Shown here piece by piece: positions 21,641-31,467 of a DNA stretch of 64,000 nt (position 1 is the stretch's first letter; each line of letters starts with the position of its first letter). Made by a program: the position numbers and the translations under genes. The DNA comes from Candidatus Methylomirabilia bacterium (GTDB lineage Bacteria > Methylomirabilota > Methylomirabilia > Rokubacteriales > CSP1-6). The stretch spans positions 1 through 64,000 of the forward strand of contig JBGQHJ010000002.1 in assembly GCA_041497895.1 (NCBI GenBank), given 5' to 3'. The notes below the pieces were generated by a model. That model did no database searches, was not told where the DNA came from, and was given only the letters and a program-made list of their open reading frames with translations.

Positions 21641-21973
21641 ATGAAGCCCAAGCTGCGGGTATGGGTCACGTTCGGCGAGGACCTCAAGTTCGGGGACGGG
21701 CGGGCCCGCCTCCTCGAGCTGATCGACGAGCGCGGGTCGCTCAAGAAGGCGGCCCAGGAGCTCGAGATGTCCTACCGGAACGCGTGGGGCTACCTGCGCG
21801 ATCTGGAGACCGCGGCCGGCTTCAAGTTCGTCGAGCGGGTGCCGGGGGGCGGGCCCGAGAGTGGCATGAGGCTCACCAAGGCCGGCAAGCGGTTCCTCGA
21901 GCGGTACCGAAAGTTCCGGAGCGGCCTCGACGAGGCGGCCCGGCGGCAGTTCGACCGCGCCTTCGGGGCGTGA
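21641..21973 (+). CDS. ModE-like stand-alone winged-helix regulator
   Basis: FGDGRARLLELIDERGSLKKAAQELEMSYRNAW and GG...LT resemble the ModE N-terminal HTH; no Mop domains. Confidence 0.82.
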   Translation: MKPKLRVWVTFGEDLKFGDGRARLLELIDERGSLKKAAQELEMSYRNAWGYLRDLETAAGFKFVERVPGGGPESGMRLTKAGKRFLERYRKFRSGLDEAARRQFDRAFGA

Positions 21974-22365
21974 GCCCGTCGCCGAAGTACCTGTACCTCA
22001 CGACCACCGGTCGGCTGAGCGGGCGACCGCGCCGCATCGAGATCTGGTCCACCTGCCACGAGGGCCGCTACTACCTGGTCGCCGAGCACGGGCGGCGGGC
22101 GCAGTGGGTGCAGAACCTCCTCGCGAATCCGGCCGTCCGAGCGCGCGTCGGCACCCGGAGCTTCCGCGCCCGCGCCCGCGTGGTGGAGCGCGGCGCGGAG
22201 CGAGACCTGGTCGGGGCGGTACGTCGTCACTCGGAGGCCAAGTACGGCTGGGGCGACGGGCTCGTGGTCGAGCTGAGCCCCGCGCGGCGCGACGCGGCGC
22301 TCAGCCCTTCGCCGCGACCTCGATCAGCGCGCCGTCGGCGCGCGACGCCGCGACCACCCCGATGA
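21970..22365 (+). CDS. Deazaflavin (F420)-dependent nitroreductase-family split beta-barrel protein
   Basis: LYLTTTGRLSGRPR, WVQNLLANP; 3' end overlaps the convergent selD. Confidence 0.7.
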   Translation: MSPSPKYLYLTTTGRLSGRPRRIEIWSTCHEGRYYLVAEHGRRAQWVQNLLANPAVRARVGTRSFRARARVVERGAERDLVGAVRRHSEAKYGWGDGLVVELSPARRDAALSPSPRPRSARRRRATPRPPR

Positions 22366-24535
22366 CCGCCGCAGCCGGGTCCCCGGCCGCGCGCAGCGCC
22401 CGCAGCAGGGCCTCCCCGCGCTCGGCGGGAATGCCGAGCAGCAGCCCGCCCGACGTCTGCGGATCGAAGAGCAGGTCGAGGGCGGGGCGGCGCGCCACCG
22501 CTTCGCCCACCCACATCGCGCGCCGGGCCTTGGCGTTCTCGGGATGGGCGGTGCTGCGGACGCCGCGGCCGAGCAGCGAGAGCGCGCCGGGCAGCGCGGG
22601 CAGCGCGTCGAGGTCGAGCACGGCTGAGACCTTGCTCGCGCGCAGCATCGATCCGAGGTGGCCGGCCAGGCCGAAGCCGGTCACGTCGGTGGCCGCCGAG
22701 GGGCGCAGGGGCCCGGCCGCCCGCGCGGCGGGGCCGTTGGAGCGGAGCATCGAGGCGCAGGCGGCCTCGATCCACTCGCCGCGCGCCATGCCGCGCATGT
22801 CGGCCTGCAGGAGCACGCCGGTGCCGAGCGGCTTGGTGAGCACGAGCTGGTCGCCCGGAGCGAGCCCGCCGAGGCGGATCAGCGCGTCCGGGGAGCCGAC
22901 GAGCCCCCAGACCGCGAAGCCCACCACCAGCTCGGGCCCGGTCGTGGTGTGGCCGCCCACCAGGGTGACCGCGTCCGCATCCAGGCCGGCGCGAGCGCCG
23001 GCCATGACCTGGTACAGAGTCTCCTCGGCCCTCGCCGGCTCGTCGTCGGGCACGGTGACCTGGGCCAGGGCAAAGCGCGGCGCCACGCCCTTGGCCCAGA
23101 GATCGCTGATCGCGTTGACCGCGGCCACGCGCCCGACCAGGTAGGGGTCGTCGGCGAAGGCGCGGAAGCTGTCGACGGTGGCGACCACGATCTCGCCGCG
23201 ATCCGTCTCGACCGCAGCCGCGTCGTCGGGCTGGGCCAGGCCCAGGATCACCGCCGGATGGCTCGTGGGCCCGAGGCGCTCGAGCGCGCGGGTCAGCGCG
23301 GACTCGCCCACCTTGGCCGCGCAGCCGCCGCACAGCATGTCGCCTCCGGGCATCGGGGACGCGGCGAAGTCGGGGGCCACCGCGTCATCGGGCCCGAGAA
23401 CCTGGAAGCGGCGGACGAATCTCCGGTCGATCCAATCTTTGAGAGAAAAGAGTGCGGCTCCTTCGGCCGCCACGCCCCACTTGGTGCCGATGGCGCGCCC
23501 GTCGCCCAGGTTGAGCAGCGAGAGGAAATCGCGCTGCGGGCGATACGCCGAGAGCCGCCCGCCGCGCGCGCGGGCCATCAGGTTGCGGGCGAGCACCGGG
23601 CCCTGGCGAACCGCGTAGACCCCGGCCTTGGCGAGGGCCGGCCCGGCCGTCCACGCCGCGCAGTCGCCCACCGCGAAGACGTCGTCGCGGTCCCGGCACT
23701 GGAGCGTGGGGCGGATCCGGGCGAATCCCCACGCGTCGGTCTCGAGGCCCGATCCGACGAAGAGCGGCAGCGCCGCGGCGCCCGCCACCCACACGGTGGC
23801 GTCGGCCGCGATGCGCTCGCCCCCCGCGAGATGCACCGCGTGGGCCTCGACGCGGGCGACGGTGGCGTCACAGCGGATCGTCACCGCGCGCGCGGCGGCC
23901 GCGGTCTCGACCCGGCGGGCCGCGCTCGCCGCGTAACCCGGCAGGACGCGCGGGCCCGACTCCAGCAGGAGCACGTCGACGCGCCGGCCGGGCTCGGACC
24001 CGAGCCGCGCCGCGAGCGCGAACGCGACCTCCACGCCGCCCGCGCCCGCGCCGACCACCACCACCCGGAAGGCCTCCCGTCCCCGCGCGGCGGCCAGCAC
24101 CTCGTCCACCCGGCGGACGAACTCGCCGATGGGGCGGGTGGGCATCGCGTGCTCGCGCGCACCGGGGATCTCGAGGCCCGCGACGGTCGAGCCCACGTCG
24201 AAGGACACGGTGTCGTAGGTGATCGGTGGACGGTCGGCGAGCAGGAGCCGGCGCGCGTCCGGGTCGACGCCGGTCGCCGCCGCGACGATGCAGCGCGCTC
24301 CGGCGCGCAGGGCCAGCGGCCGCACGTCGATCTCGAGGCCTTCCCGCGAATACTGCCCGGCCACGAAGCCCGGCACCATGCCGGAGTAGACCGCGATCGG
24401 CCGATCCACCACGAGGGTGAGGCGCGCGCCGGGCACCGGGGCCATGGCCCAGCGCTTGAGCACCTGGATGTGGGCGTGGCCGCCGCCCACCAGGACCACG
24501 TCGTGCCGGATGCCAGGAGCGGACGGCGAGCGCAT
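22301..24535 (-). CDS. selD: Pyridine nucleotide-disulfide oxidoreductase fused to selenide, water dikinase
   Basis: N-terminal VLVGGGHAH, YSGMVPG, KAGVYAVRQG; C-terminal CGGCAAK, DDAA, GGHT, TKPLGTG, DVTGFGLAGH, DPQTSGGLL. Confidence 0.92.
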   Translation of the reverse strand: MRSPSAPGIRHDVVLVGGGHAHIQVLKRWAMAPVPGARLTLVVDRPIAVYSGMVPGFVAGQYSREGLEIDVRPLALRAGARCIVAAATGVDPDARRLLLADRPPITYDTVSFDVGSTVAGLEIPGAREHAMPTRPIGEFVRRVDEVLAAARGREAFRVVVVGAGAGGVEVAFALAARLGSEPGRRVDVLLLESGPRVLPGYAASAARRVETAAAARAVTIRCDATVARVEAHAVHLAGGERIAADATVWVAGAAALPLFVGSGLETDAWGFARIRPTLQCRDRDDVFAVGDCAAWTAGPALAKAGVYAVRQGPVLARNLMARARGGRLSAYRPQRDFLSLLNLGDGRAIGTKWGVAAEGAALFSLKDWIDRRFVRRFQVLGPDDAVAPDFAASPMPGGDMLCGGCAAKVGESALTRALERLGPTSHPAVILGLAQPDDAAAVETDRGEIVVATVDSFRAFADDPYLVGRVAAVNAISDLWAKGVAPRFALAQVTVPDDEPARAEETLYQVMAGARAGLDADAVTLVGGHTTTGPELVVGFAVWGLVGSPDALIRLGGLAPGDQLVLTKPLGTGVLLQADMRGMARGEWIEAACASMLRSNGPAARAAGPLRPSAATDVTGFGLAGHLGSMLRASKVSAVLDLDALPALPGALSLLGRGVRSTAHPENAKARRAMWVGEAVARRPALDLLFDPQTSGGLLLGIPAERGEALLRALRAAGDPAAAVIGVVAASRADGALIEVAAKG

Positions 24536-24554
24536 GCCCGTCCGCTGTCGCGGC

Positions 24555-26867
24555 TCAGCGCTTGCCGTTGACGAAGGCCAGCGCGATGCGCTCCGGGCTC
24601 ATGGGCAGCTCGGTCAGGCGCGCCCCGGTCGCGTTCTGGATGGCGTTGGCGATCGCGGCGGGCGCCGGGATGATCGGCGGCTCGCCCACCCCGCGCGCGC
24701 CGAAGGGACCGGCCGGCGCGGGCACCTCGACGATGATGGTCTCGAGGTTCGGCAGGTCCGCCGCGGTCAGCTTGCGATAGTCGAGCAGGCTCGGGTTGGT
24801 GAGCCGGCCGCCGTCGTCGAACATGAGCCCCTCGGTGAGCGCCATCCCGAGGCTCTGCACCGCGCCGCCCTGCATCTGGCCTTCCACCCCGAGCGGGTTG
24901 ATGGCCTTGCCCACGTCCTGGACGATCACGAAGTCCTGTAGAGTCACCTCGCCGGTGTCCGGATCCACCTCGATCCGCGCGAGCTGGGCCGCGAAGCCGG
25001 GCGCCTGCTGGGTGAACGCCGGGTTGGCCTTGCCGAGCACCGGCGGCGTCTTGGACATGTAGAGGTTGCCCTTCTTGCCGATGGTGGCCAGCGTGATGCC
25101 CTTGTCCGGCATGCCGCGCACCGTGACCTTGCCGTCCACCAGCTCGAGGTCGTGCACCGAGGCCTCCAGCTCCGCGGCCGCGATCTCGAACGTCTGCCGC
25201 CGGGCGTCTTCCGCCGCCTGTAGCACCGCCGCCCCGACGGTGTAGATGGTCTTGCTGCCCGCGCTGAGCCCGGTCATCGGCGCGACGTCGGTGTCGCCGG
25301 TGGTGATGCGCACCAGGTCGGTGTCCACGCCGTAGGCGGAGGCCGCGATCTGGGCCAGCGCGATGTTGGTCCCCGCGATGTCCACCTGCCCGGTGAGCAC
25401 CGCGAGCGAGCCGTCCGGATTCAGGCGCACCGTCGCCCCGGTGGGCTGGAGCCCGCCGAGCCAGCCGCCGAGCGCCAGGCCCACGCCGCGACGCTTGCCG
25501 TTCTTCCCCGCGGCGGCCACCCACTGCTTGCGGCTCTTCCAGTGCGGGTGCTCGGCGATGCGGGCGAGCACCTGCTTGGCCCCGTTCGACTGCCAGGGCT
25601 GCCCGTTCACCATCGGATCGCCTTCCTGGATCAGGTGGCGCATCCGGAACTCGACCGAATCGAGATCGAGGTCGCGCGCGATCTGCTCCATGTGCGACTC
25701 GATCGCGAAGATGGTCTGCGGGGCCACCGGCGCGCGATACGCGGCCACGCTCGGCTTGTGGGTCAGCACCTCGAAGCCGCGGATGTCGAACGAGGGCCAC
25801 TTGTACATGCTGCCGAGGAACACTGCGCTCACCGCGAGCACCGCGCCCGAGAACGCGCCGGAGTCGATCACCGTCTCCGCGTCGAGGGCCATCAGCGTCC
25901 CGTCGCGCTTCACCCCGGTCTTGAGCTTGATGATGACCTGCGGGGCGGGCATGCCCGCCTGCAGCTCCTCCCGCCGCGTCATGACGTAGCGGACCGGGCG
26001 CTTGGTCACCTGCGCCAGCACCGCGGTGATGGGCTCGCAGAGCGCGCGGATCTTGCCCCCGAAGCCGCCGCCGCACTCCACCGGGATCACCCGGATCCGG
26101 TTCTCGGGGATGCCGAGCACGTCCGCGACCTCGGAGCGCGTGTTGAACGAGCCCTGGGTGCTGGCCCACAGGGTGAGAAGCCCGTTGCGGTCCCATTCCG
26201 CCAGGACCGCGTGCGCCTCGAGATAGCCCTGGTGCACCATCGGCACCCGGTAGGTCTTCTCGAGCACGTGATCGGATTCGGCGAAGCCCTTGGCCGGGTC
26301 GCCGCGCTGCAGCCGCGCCTGCTGGGAGATGTTCACCGCCTTGGCGGGCGCCGCGCTCTTGGCGATGGCGACCGCGGAGTGGGCGAGGGCCTCGCTGGTG
26401 TCGGCCTCGGTGCCCGCGTCGGCCACCGGCGGCGCCCCGGGCAGCATCGACTTGAGCGGATCGATCGAGGCGGGCAGCACCTGGTACTCGACCTTGATGA
26501 GGTCGAGCGCTTCCTCCGCGATCGACAGCTCGTCGGCGGCCACCGCGGCCACCGGCTGGCCCATGAACACCGCGCGATCGATGGCGAGGACCGCGTGCGC
26601 GCGGGTGGGGGCCTTCTTCTTCAGATGCGGGATGTCCTTGGCGGTCAGCACCGCGCGGACGCCGGGCAGCGCCTTGGCCGCGCTCACGTCGATCGAGACG
26701 ATCTTCGCGTGCGCGTGCGGGCTGCGCAGCAGCTTGGCGTGCAGCAGGCCCTTGGGCTGGATGTCAGCCACGTACTGCACGCGGCCGGTGACCTTCTCGG
26801 GGCCGTCCGGCCGCGGGATCGAGACTCCCACTCCCTTGACGTCGCGCGTGGTCTTCATCGTGCTCAT
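24555..26867 (-). CDS. Xanthine dehydrogenase-family molybdopterin-binding subunit
   Basis: KVTG, RSPHAHA, GGGFGGK, AYRAP, GQMQGGAVQ, GARGVGEPP. Confidence 0.92.
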   Translation of the reverse strand: MSTMKTTRDVKGVGVSIPRPDGPEKVTGRVQYVADIQPKGLLHAKLLRSPHAHAKIVSIDVSAAKALPGVRAVLTAKDIPHLKKKAPTRAHAVLAIDRAVFMGQPVAAVAADELSIAEEALDLIKVEYQVLPASIDPLKSMLPGAPPVADAGTEADTSEALAHSAVAIAKSAAPAKAVNISQQARLQRGDPAKGFAESDHVLEKTYRVPMVHQGYLEAHAVLAEWDRNGLLTLWASTQGSFNTRSEVADVLGIPENRIRVIPVECGGGFGGKIRALCEPITAVLAQVTKRPVRYVMTRREELQAGMPAPQVIIKLKTGVKRDGTLMALDAETVIDSGAFSGAVLAVSAVFLGSMYKWPSFDIRGFEVLTHKPSVAAYRAPVAPQTIFAIESHMEQIARDLDLDSVEFRMRHLIQEGDPMVNGQPWQSNGAKQVLARIAEHPHWKSRKQWVAAAGKNGKRRGVGLALGGWLGGLQPTGATVRLNPDGSLAVLTGQVDIAGTNIALAQIAASAYGVDTDLVRITTGDTDVAPMTGLSAGSKTIYTVGAAVLQAAEDARRQTFEIAAAELEASVHDLELVDGKVTVRGMPDKGITLATIGKKGNLYMSKTPPVLGKANPAFTQQAPGFAAQLARIEVDPDTGEVTLQDFVIVQDVGKAINPLGVEGQMQGGAVQSLGMALTEGLMFDDGGRLTNPSLLDYRKLTAADLPNLETIIVEVPAPAGPFGARGVGEPPIIPAPAAIANAIQNATGARLTELPMSPERIALAFVNGKR

Positions 26868-27355
26868 CGAGCGCTCCTCTGCGAGGCGAGCGTGCCGGCC
26901 GCCTCGCTGATCGCGGCCACCATCTTGGTGTAGCCGGTGCAGCGGCAGAGATTGCCCGCGATGCCGTAGCGGATCTCTTCCTCCGAGGGCCGCGGGTTCT
27001 CCTCGAGCAGGGCCGCGGCCGCCATCAGCACGCCCGGGATGCAGAACCCGCACTGGGGCACGCCGTGGCGGACGAACGCGTCCTGCAGTGGATGAAGCGT
27101 GGAGTCCGCGGCCGCCAGGCCCTCGATGGTGCGGATCTTCCGGCCGCGGGCCTGCATGGCCAGCATCAGGCAGCTCGCGACGACTTTGCCGTCCACGTGG
27201 ACGGTGCAGGCGCCGCAGTCGCCGGTGCCGCAGCCTTCCTTGGGGCCGGTGAGGCCCATGTCCTCGCGCAGGGCATCGAGGAGGGTGACGTAGGGCTGGA
27301 CGAGCACCTCGACCGGCTCGCCGTTCACGGTGCAGCTCAGGATCTGCTTGGCCAC
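26864..27355 (-). CDS. (2Fe-2S)-binding small subunit (XDH/CoxS family)
   Basis: KEGCGTGDCGACT, QCGFC, GNLCRCTGY. Confidence 0.94.
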   Translation of the reverse strand: MAKQILSCTVNGEPVEVLVQPYVTLLDALREDMGLTGPKEGCGTGDCGACTVHVDGKVVASCLMLAMQARGRKIRTIEGLAAADSTLHPLQDAFVRHGVPQCGFCIPGVLMAAAALLEENPRPSEEEIRYGIAGNLCRCTGYTKMVAAISEAAGTLASQRSAR

Positions 27356-27371
27356 GGGATGTGCCTCCGGA

Positions 27372-28232
27372 TCAGGCGTTCGCGCGTGCGAGCGCGGTCG
27401 TGAGCGTGCGACGCGTGAGGACGCGGACCAGGTGCTTGCGGAACTCGATGGAGCCGCGCTGGTCGTTGATGGGCCTGGCCGCCTCGATCGCCAGGGTGGC
27501 CGCGCGTTCGATGGCCTCGGGCGTCACCGGCTGGCCCTCGAGCGACCGCTCGGCCGCGGTGGCGCGCACCGGCGTTGGCGCCACCGAGGCGAGCGCGATG
27601 CGCGCCTTGGTGCAGCGGCCGTCGGCCATCGTCAGCTGAGAAGCCACCCCTACCACGGCAATATCGAGCTCGCGCCGGGGCGTGTGCCGCAGGTACTGGC
27701 CGCCGCTGTGGGCCCCCGGCGGGGGCACGACCAGCTCGATCAGCATCTCGTTCGGCGCGAGCACCGTCTGCCGGACCCCGGTGAAGAAGTCGGCCATCGG
27801 TACGCGCCGCTCGCCCTTCGGCCCCCCGATCACCGCCTGGGCCTCCAGCGCGACCAGCGGCGGCGCCATGTCGGCCGACGGGGCCGCGTTGCAGAGGTTG
27901 CCGCCCACGGTGGCGAGGTTGCGCACCTGCAGCGAGCCGACCATGGCCGCGCTCTCCGCGATGGCCAGATACGCCCCGCGGAGCGCCGGGCTCAGCTCGA
28001 GCTCTCGGGCGGTGACCGCGGCGCCGATGCGGAGGCCGTTGCCGTTCTGAACCTGGCGGATCCGAGCGATGCCCGAGAGGTCCACGACCACCGCCGGCTT
28101 CAGGACGCCGTTCTTCATCTGGGGCAGGAGGTCGGTGCCTCCCGCCACCAGCTTGGCCTGCGCCCCGCGCTCGGCGAGGATCTTGAGGCAATCTTCGAGG
28201 GTGTTCGGCAGAACGAGATCGAATCGTCGCAT
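27372..28232 (-). CDS. FAD-binding medium subunit (XDH/CoxM family)
   Basis: AGGTDL, QVRNLATVGGNLCNAAPSAD. Confidence 0.93.
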   Translation of the reverse strand: MRRFDLVLPNTLEDCLKILAERGAQAKLVAGGTDLLPQMKNGVLKPAVVVDLSGIARIRQVQNGNGLRIGAAVTARELELSPALRGAYLAIAESAAMVGSLQVRNLATVGGNLCNAAPSADMAPPLVALEAQAVIGGPKGERRVPMADFFTGVRQTVLAPNEMLIELVVPPPGAHSGGQYLRHTPRRELDIAVVGVASQLTMADGRCTKARIALASVAPTPVRATAAERSLEGQPVTPEAIERAATLAIEAARPINDQRGSIEFRKHLVRVLTRRTLTTALARANA

Positions 28233-28309
28233 GTTGTCTCCCGGGGGTTTGGCGCGCGCTGGCCATGATACACCGAGTGGCGGCCGAGCGAAGGTGAGTC
28301 TGTCGGACA

Positions 28310-28338
28310 TTGACTATGCTCGGCGGAGCCTGTATGCT
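28310..28338 (+). promoter_or_regulatory. Sigma-70-like promoter of the tup/mod operon
   Basis: TTGACT-N17-TATGCT, 12 nt upstream of the tupA ATG. Confidence 0.6.
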
Positions 28339-28350
28339 CCCGGACGCATA

Positions 28351-29184
28351 ATGGCTCGATTCCTCTCGCTCGTCTGGCTGATCGCGCTGTCGCTCGGGAC
28401 GGGCGGACCCGTCCCGGCCCAGTCCAACGTGGTCATCGTCTCGACCACCACGAGCACCCAGGACTCGGGCCTCCTCGACGTGCTGGTGCCGCTCTTCGAG
28501 AAGAAGACCGGGCTCACCGTGAAGACCATCTCGGTCGGCACCGGTCAGGCCCTGGCCCTGGCCGCACGGGGCGAGGCCGACGTGACCCTGGCCCACGCGG
28601 CGAGCCTCGAGAAGAAGTACGTCGCCGAGGGCAAGATGACGAACCGCCGCCTGGTCATGTACAACGACTTCGTGATCATCGGGCCGCCCGACGATCCCGC
28701 GAAGATCAAGGGCTTGCCGAAGGCGCTCGACGCCCTCAGGCGCATCGCGGAGAGCCAGTCGCGCTTCGTCTCGCGGGGCGACAAGTCGGGCACCCACGTG
28801 CTCGAGCTGGCCCTGTGGAAGCAGGCGGGCATCGAGCCCAAGGGCGCCTGGTACATCGAGTCCGGTCAGGGGATGGGCCAGACGCTCGGCATCGCCAACG
28901 ACCGCCGCGCCTATACCCTGACCGATCGCGCGACCTACCTCGCGTTCGGCAAGCGGGTGGATCTCCCCATCCTGGTCGAGAAGGACCGTCCGCTGCTGAA
29001 CATCTACTCGGTGATGGAGGTGAACCCGGCCAACGGCCCGCGCGTGAACGCGGCGGGAGGGAAGGCCTTCGCCGAGTTCATGCTGGCGCCCGAGACCCAG
29101 GCGGTCATCAAGGAGTTCGGGATGGACAAGTACGGCCAGGCCCTCTTCGTGCCGGTGGCCGGCAAGAAGGACGAGGACCTCTAG
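28351..29184 (+). CDS. tupA: Tungstate ABC transporter substrate-binding protein
   Basis: Signal peptide, STTTSTQDSGLL motif, VGTGQAL, FVSRGDKSGTH, YTLTDRATY. Confidence 0.9.
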   Translation: MARFLSLVWLIALSLGTGGPVPAQSNVVIVSTTTSTQDSGLLDVLVPLFEKKTGLTVKTISVGTGQALALAARGEADVTLAHAASLEKKYVAEGKMTNRRLVMYNDFVIIGPPDDPAKIKGLPKALDALRRIAESQSRFVSRGDKSGTHVLELALWKQAGIEPKGAWYIESGQGMGQTLGIANDRRAYTLTDRATYLAFGKRVDLPILVEKDRPLLNIYSVMEVNPANGPRVNAAGGKAFAEFMLAPETQAVIKEFGMDKYGQALFVPVAGKKDEDL

Positions 29185-29201
29185 GCCGGAGATCGCGCGC
29201 C

Positions 29202-29897
29202 GTGGGCCTGTTCGGGGAGGGCATCGTCGAGGCGTTCCGGCTCCTCGTCACCGGAGACCCGGAGGTCTGGCAGATCACCTGGCTCTCCATCCAGGTCTCC
29301 GCCACCGCCACCCTGCTCTCGCTCCTCGTCGGCATCCCGGTGGGCGCGCTGCTGGCGCTCTCCCGCTTCCGGGGCCGTGCCTTCGTGGTGAGCCTGGTGA
29401 ACACCGGCATGGGCCTGCCCCCGGTGGTGGTCGGCCTCTTCGTCACGATCCTGCTCTGGCGCAACGGCGCGCTCGGTTTCCTCGAGCTGCTCTACACGCC
29501 CACCGCGATGGTGACGGGTCAGCTCGTGATCGCGGCCCCGATCGTGACCGGGCTCACGCTGGCCGCGGTGCAGCAGGTACCCGAGGCCTTCCGCCTCCAG
29601 ATGCTGGGGCTCGGCGCCTCCCGGGGGCAGATGATCTGGGTGCTCCTGAAGGAGGCGCGGCTGCCGATGCTGGCCGCGGTGATGGCCGGATTCGGCGGGG
29701 TGATCTCCGAGGTGGGTGCGTCCATGATGCTGGGCGGAAACATCAAGGGGTCCACCCGCGTGCTCACCACCGCCACCGTGCTCGAGACCGGCAAGGGCAA
29801 CTTCGACGTGGCCATCGCACTCTCGGTGATCCTGCTGCTGATCACCTTCCTCGTGAACTGGGGGCTGAGCGTGATCCAGCAGCGCCGGCGGGGCTGA
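29202..29897 (+). CDS. tupB: Tungstate ABC transporter permease
   Basis: NTGMGLPPVVVGL, ISEVGASMMLGGNI, TRVLTTA. Confidence 0.88.
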   Translation: MGLFGEGIVEAFRLLVTGDPEVWQITWLSIQVSATATLLSLLVGIPVGALLALSRFRGRAFVVSLVNTGMGLPPVVVGLFVTILLWRNGALGFLELLYTPTAMVTGQLVIAAPIVTGLTLAAVQQVPEAFRLQMLGLGASRGQMIWVLLKEARLPMLAAVMAGFGGVISEVGASMMLGGNIKGSTRVLTTATVLETGKGNFDVAIALSVILLLITFLVNWGLSVIQQRRRG

Positions 29898-29945
29898 GTC
29901 TCCGCGGCCCGGGCCACGGGCCGGCGGTACGATGGGGATCGGGAG

Positions 29946-30731
29946 ATGACCATGCGCGCGATCGGTCGTAGCCTTTGCGTCCTCGTGCTCGTGCTCCTCG
30001 CCACGGCGGGCCGCGCCGCGCCGCAGCCGATCACGGTGTCTGCCGCCATCAGCACGAAGGACGCGGTGAGCGAGCTGGGCCGCGGCTTCGCGGCGAGCCA
30101 TCCCGGCGTGACCCTGCTCTACAACTGGGGCTCGTCCGGCGATCTGCAGAAGCAGATCGAGGCGGGCGCGCCGATCGACCTCTTCATCTCGGCGGCGGCG
30201 CTCCAGATGGACGAGCTGGAGAAGCGCAGGCTGATCGTGCCCGGCACGCGGAAGGTCTTCGCGCGAAACCTGCTCACCGTGATCAAGCCCGCCGACTCCC
30301 GGGTCGACATCGTCAAGCCGGGTGATCTCGTCGAGACCCGCGTCGGACGCATCGTGGTGGGAAATCCCCGGACGGTTCCGGCCGGCCAGTACGCGGAGGA
30401 AAGCCTGCGCGCGCTCGGCCTCTGGGACCGGCTGCAGCCCAAGCTGGTCTTCGCGGAGAACGTCCGCCAGGCGCTCGAGTACGTGGCCCGTGGCGAGGTG
30501 GACGCGGGTTTCGTCTACACGACCGACGCGGCGACCCGCGGGCGGGCGGTCAAGGAAGCGTTCCGGCCGGCCGAGGACACGTACCGCCCCGTGGTGTATC
30601 CGGTCGCGGTGGTGGCGGATGCCCGGCAGCCCGCACTCGCTGCCGCCTTCATCGATCTGCTCCTGAGTCGCGAGGGCCAGGCCGTGCTCTCCCGCCACGG
30701 CTTTCAGCCTCCCCCGGTCGGCACCCGATAG
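29946..30731 (+). CDS. modA: Molybdate ABC transporter substrate-binding protein
   Basis: VSAAIS, GSSGDLQKQIEAGAPIDLFISA, VPAGQYA, NVRQAL, GFVYTTD. Confidence 0.92.
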   Translation: MTMRAIGRSLCVLVLVLLATAGRAAPQPITVSAAISTKDAVSELGRGFAASHPGVTLLYNWGSSGDLQKQIEAGAPIDLFISAAALQMDELEKRRLIVPGTRKVFARNLLTVIKPADSRVDIVKPGDLVETRVGRIVVGNPRTVPAGQYAEESLRALGLWDRLQPKLVFAENVRQALEYVARGEVDAGFVYTTDAATRGRAVKEAFRPAEDTYRPVVYPVAVVADARQPALAAAFIDLLLSREGQAVLSRHGFQPPPVGTR

Positions 30732-30801
30732 ACCGTCTCCCGGTTCCGGGTCCAGTGGCGTCTCGGCGTGGCATACTACCCGGGCACCCAGGACATCCAT
30801 C

Positions 30802-31467
30802 GTGAGCCCGGACAGCATCTCCGCCCTCCGGCTGTCGCTCCAGGTGGCGGTGGCGGCCACGGCGCTCAACGCGCTCGTCGGCATTCCCATCGCCTACGCG
30901 CTGGCGCGCCGCCGCTTCTGGGGCCGGAGCCTCGTCGACCTGCTCGTGACCCTGCCGCTCATCCTGCCGCCCACCGTGGTCGGCTATTACCTGATCGTGC
31001 TGCTGGGCCGGCGCGGCGTGCTGGGCGCTCCGCTCTATCAGCTGACCGGCTGGACGGTGGCCTTCACCTGGTATGCGGCGGTGATCGCGGCCACCGTGAT
31101 GGCGCTGCCACTCCTGGTCCGCACGGTGCGCGCGGCCATCGAGTCGGTGGATCGCGACCTCGAGCGCGCGGCCTACACCCTCGGCCGCTCGGAGCTGCGC
31201 ACCGCCCTCGAGGTGACGCTCCCGCTCGCCCGCAACGGCATCCTGGCCGGGCTGGTGCTGGCCTTCGCGCGGGCGCTCGGCGAGTTCGGCGCCACCCTGA
31301 TGCTGGCCGGCAACATCCCCGGGCGCACCGCCACCGTGCCGCTCTCGATCTACACCGCGGTGCAGACCGGCGAGAGCGCCGAGGCCCTCGGCCTGGTGGC
31401 GGTGCTCACCGCGCTCTCCTGCCTCGTGCTGATCGCGGCCAATCGCCTGGGGGCTCGGGCGGCATGA
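30802..31467 (+). CDS. modB: Molybdate ABC transporter permease
   Basis: LPLILPPTVVGYYL, FARALGEFGAT, GNIPGRT. Confidence 0.93.
   Translation: MSPDSISALRLSLQVAVAATALNALVGIPIAYALARRRFWGRSLVDLLVTLPLILPPTVVGYYLIVLLGRRGVLGAPLYQLTGWTVAFTWYAAVIAATVMALPLLVRTVRAAIESVDRDLERAAYTLGRSELRTALEVTLPLARNGILAGLVLAFARALGEFGATLMLAGNIPGRTATVPLSIYTAVQTGESAEALGLVAVLTALSCLVLIAANRLGARAA

Noticed and set aside
23310..23345. Possible Sec in SelD
   Set aside because: The motif is CGGCAAK with Cys codons; no in-frame TGA.
24555..28232. Aerobic CO dehydrogenase (coxMSL)
   Set aside because: Gene order is similar but the large subunit lacks the AYRCSFR signature, and no coxDEFG accessory genes are adjacent.
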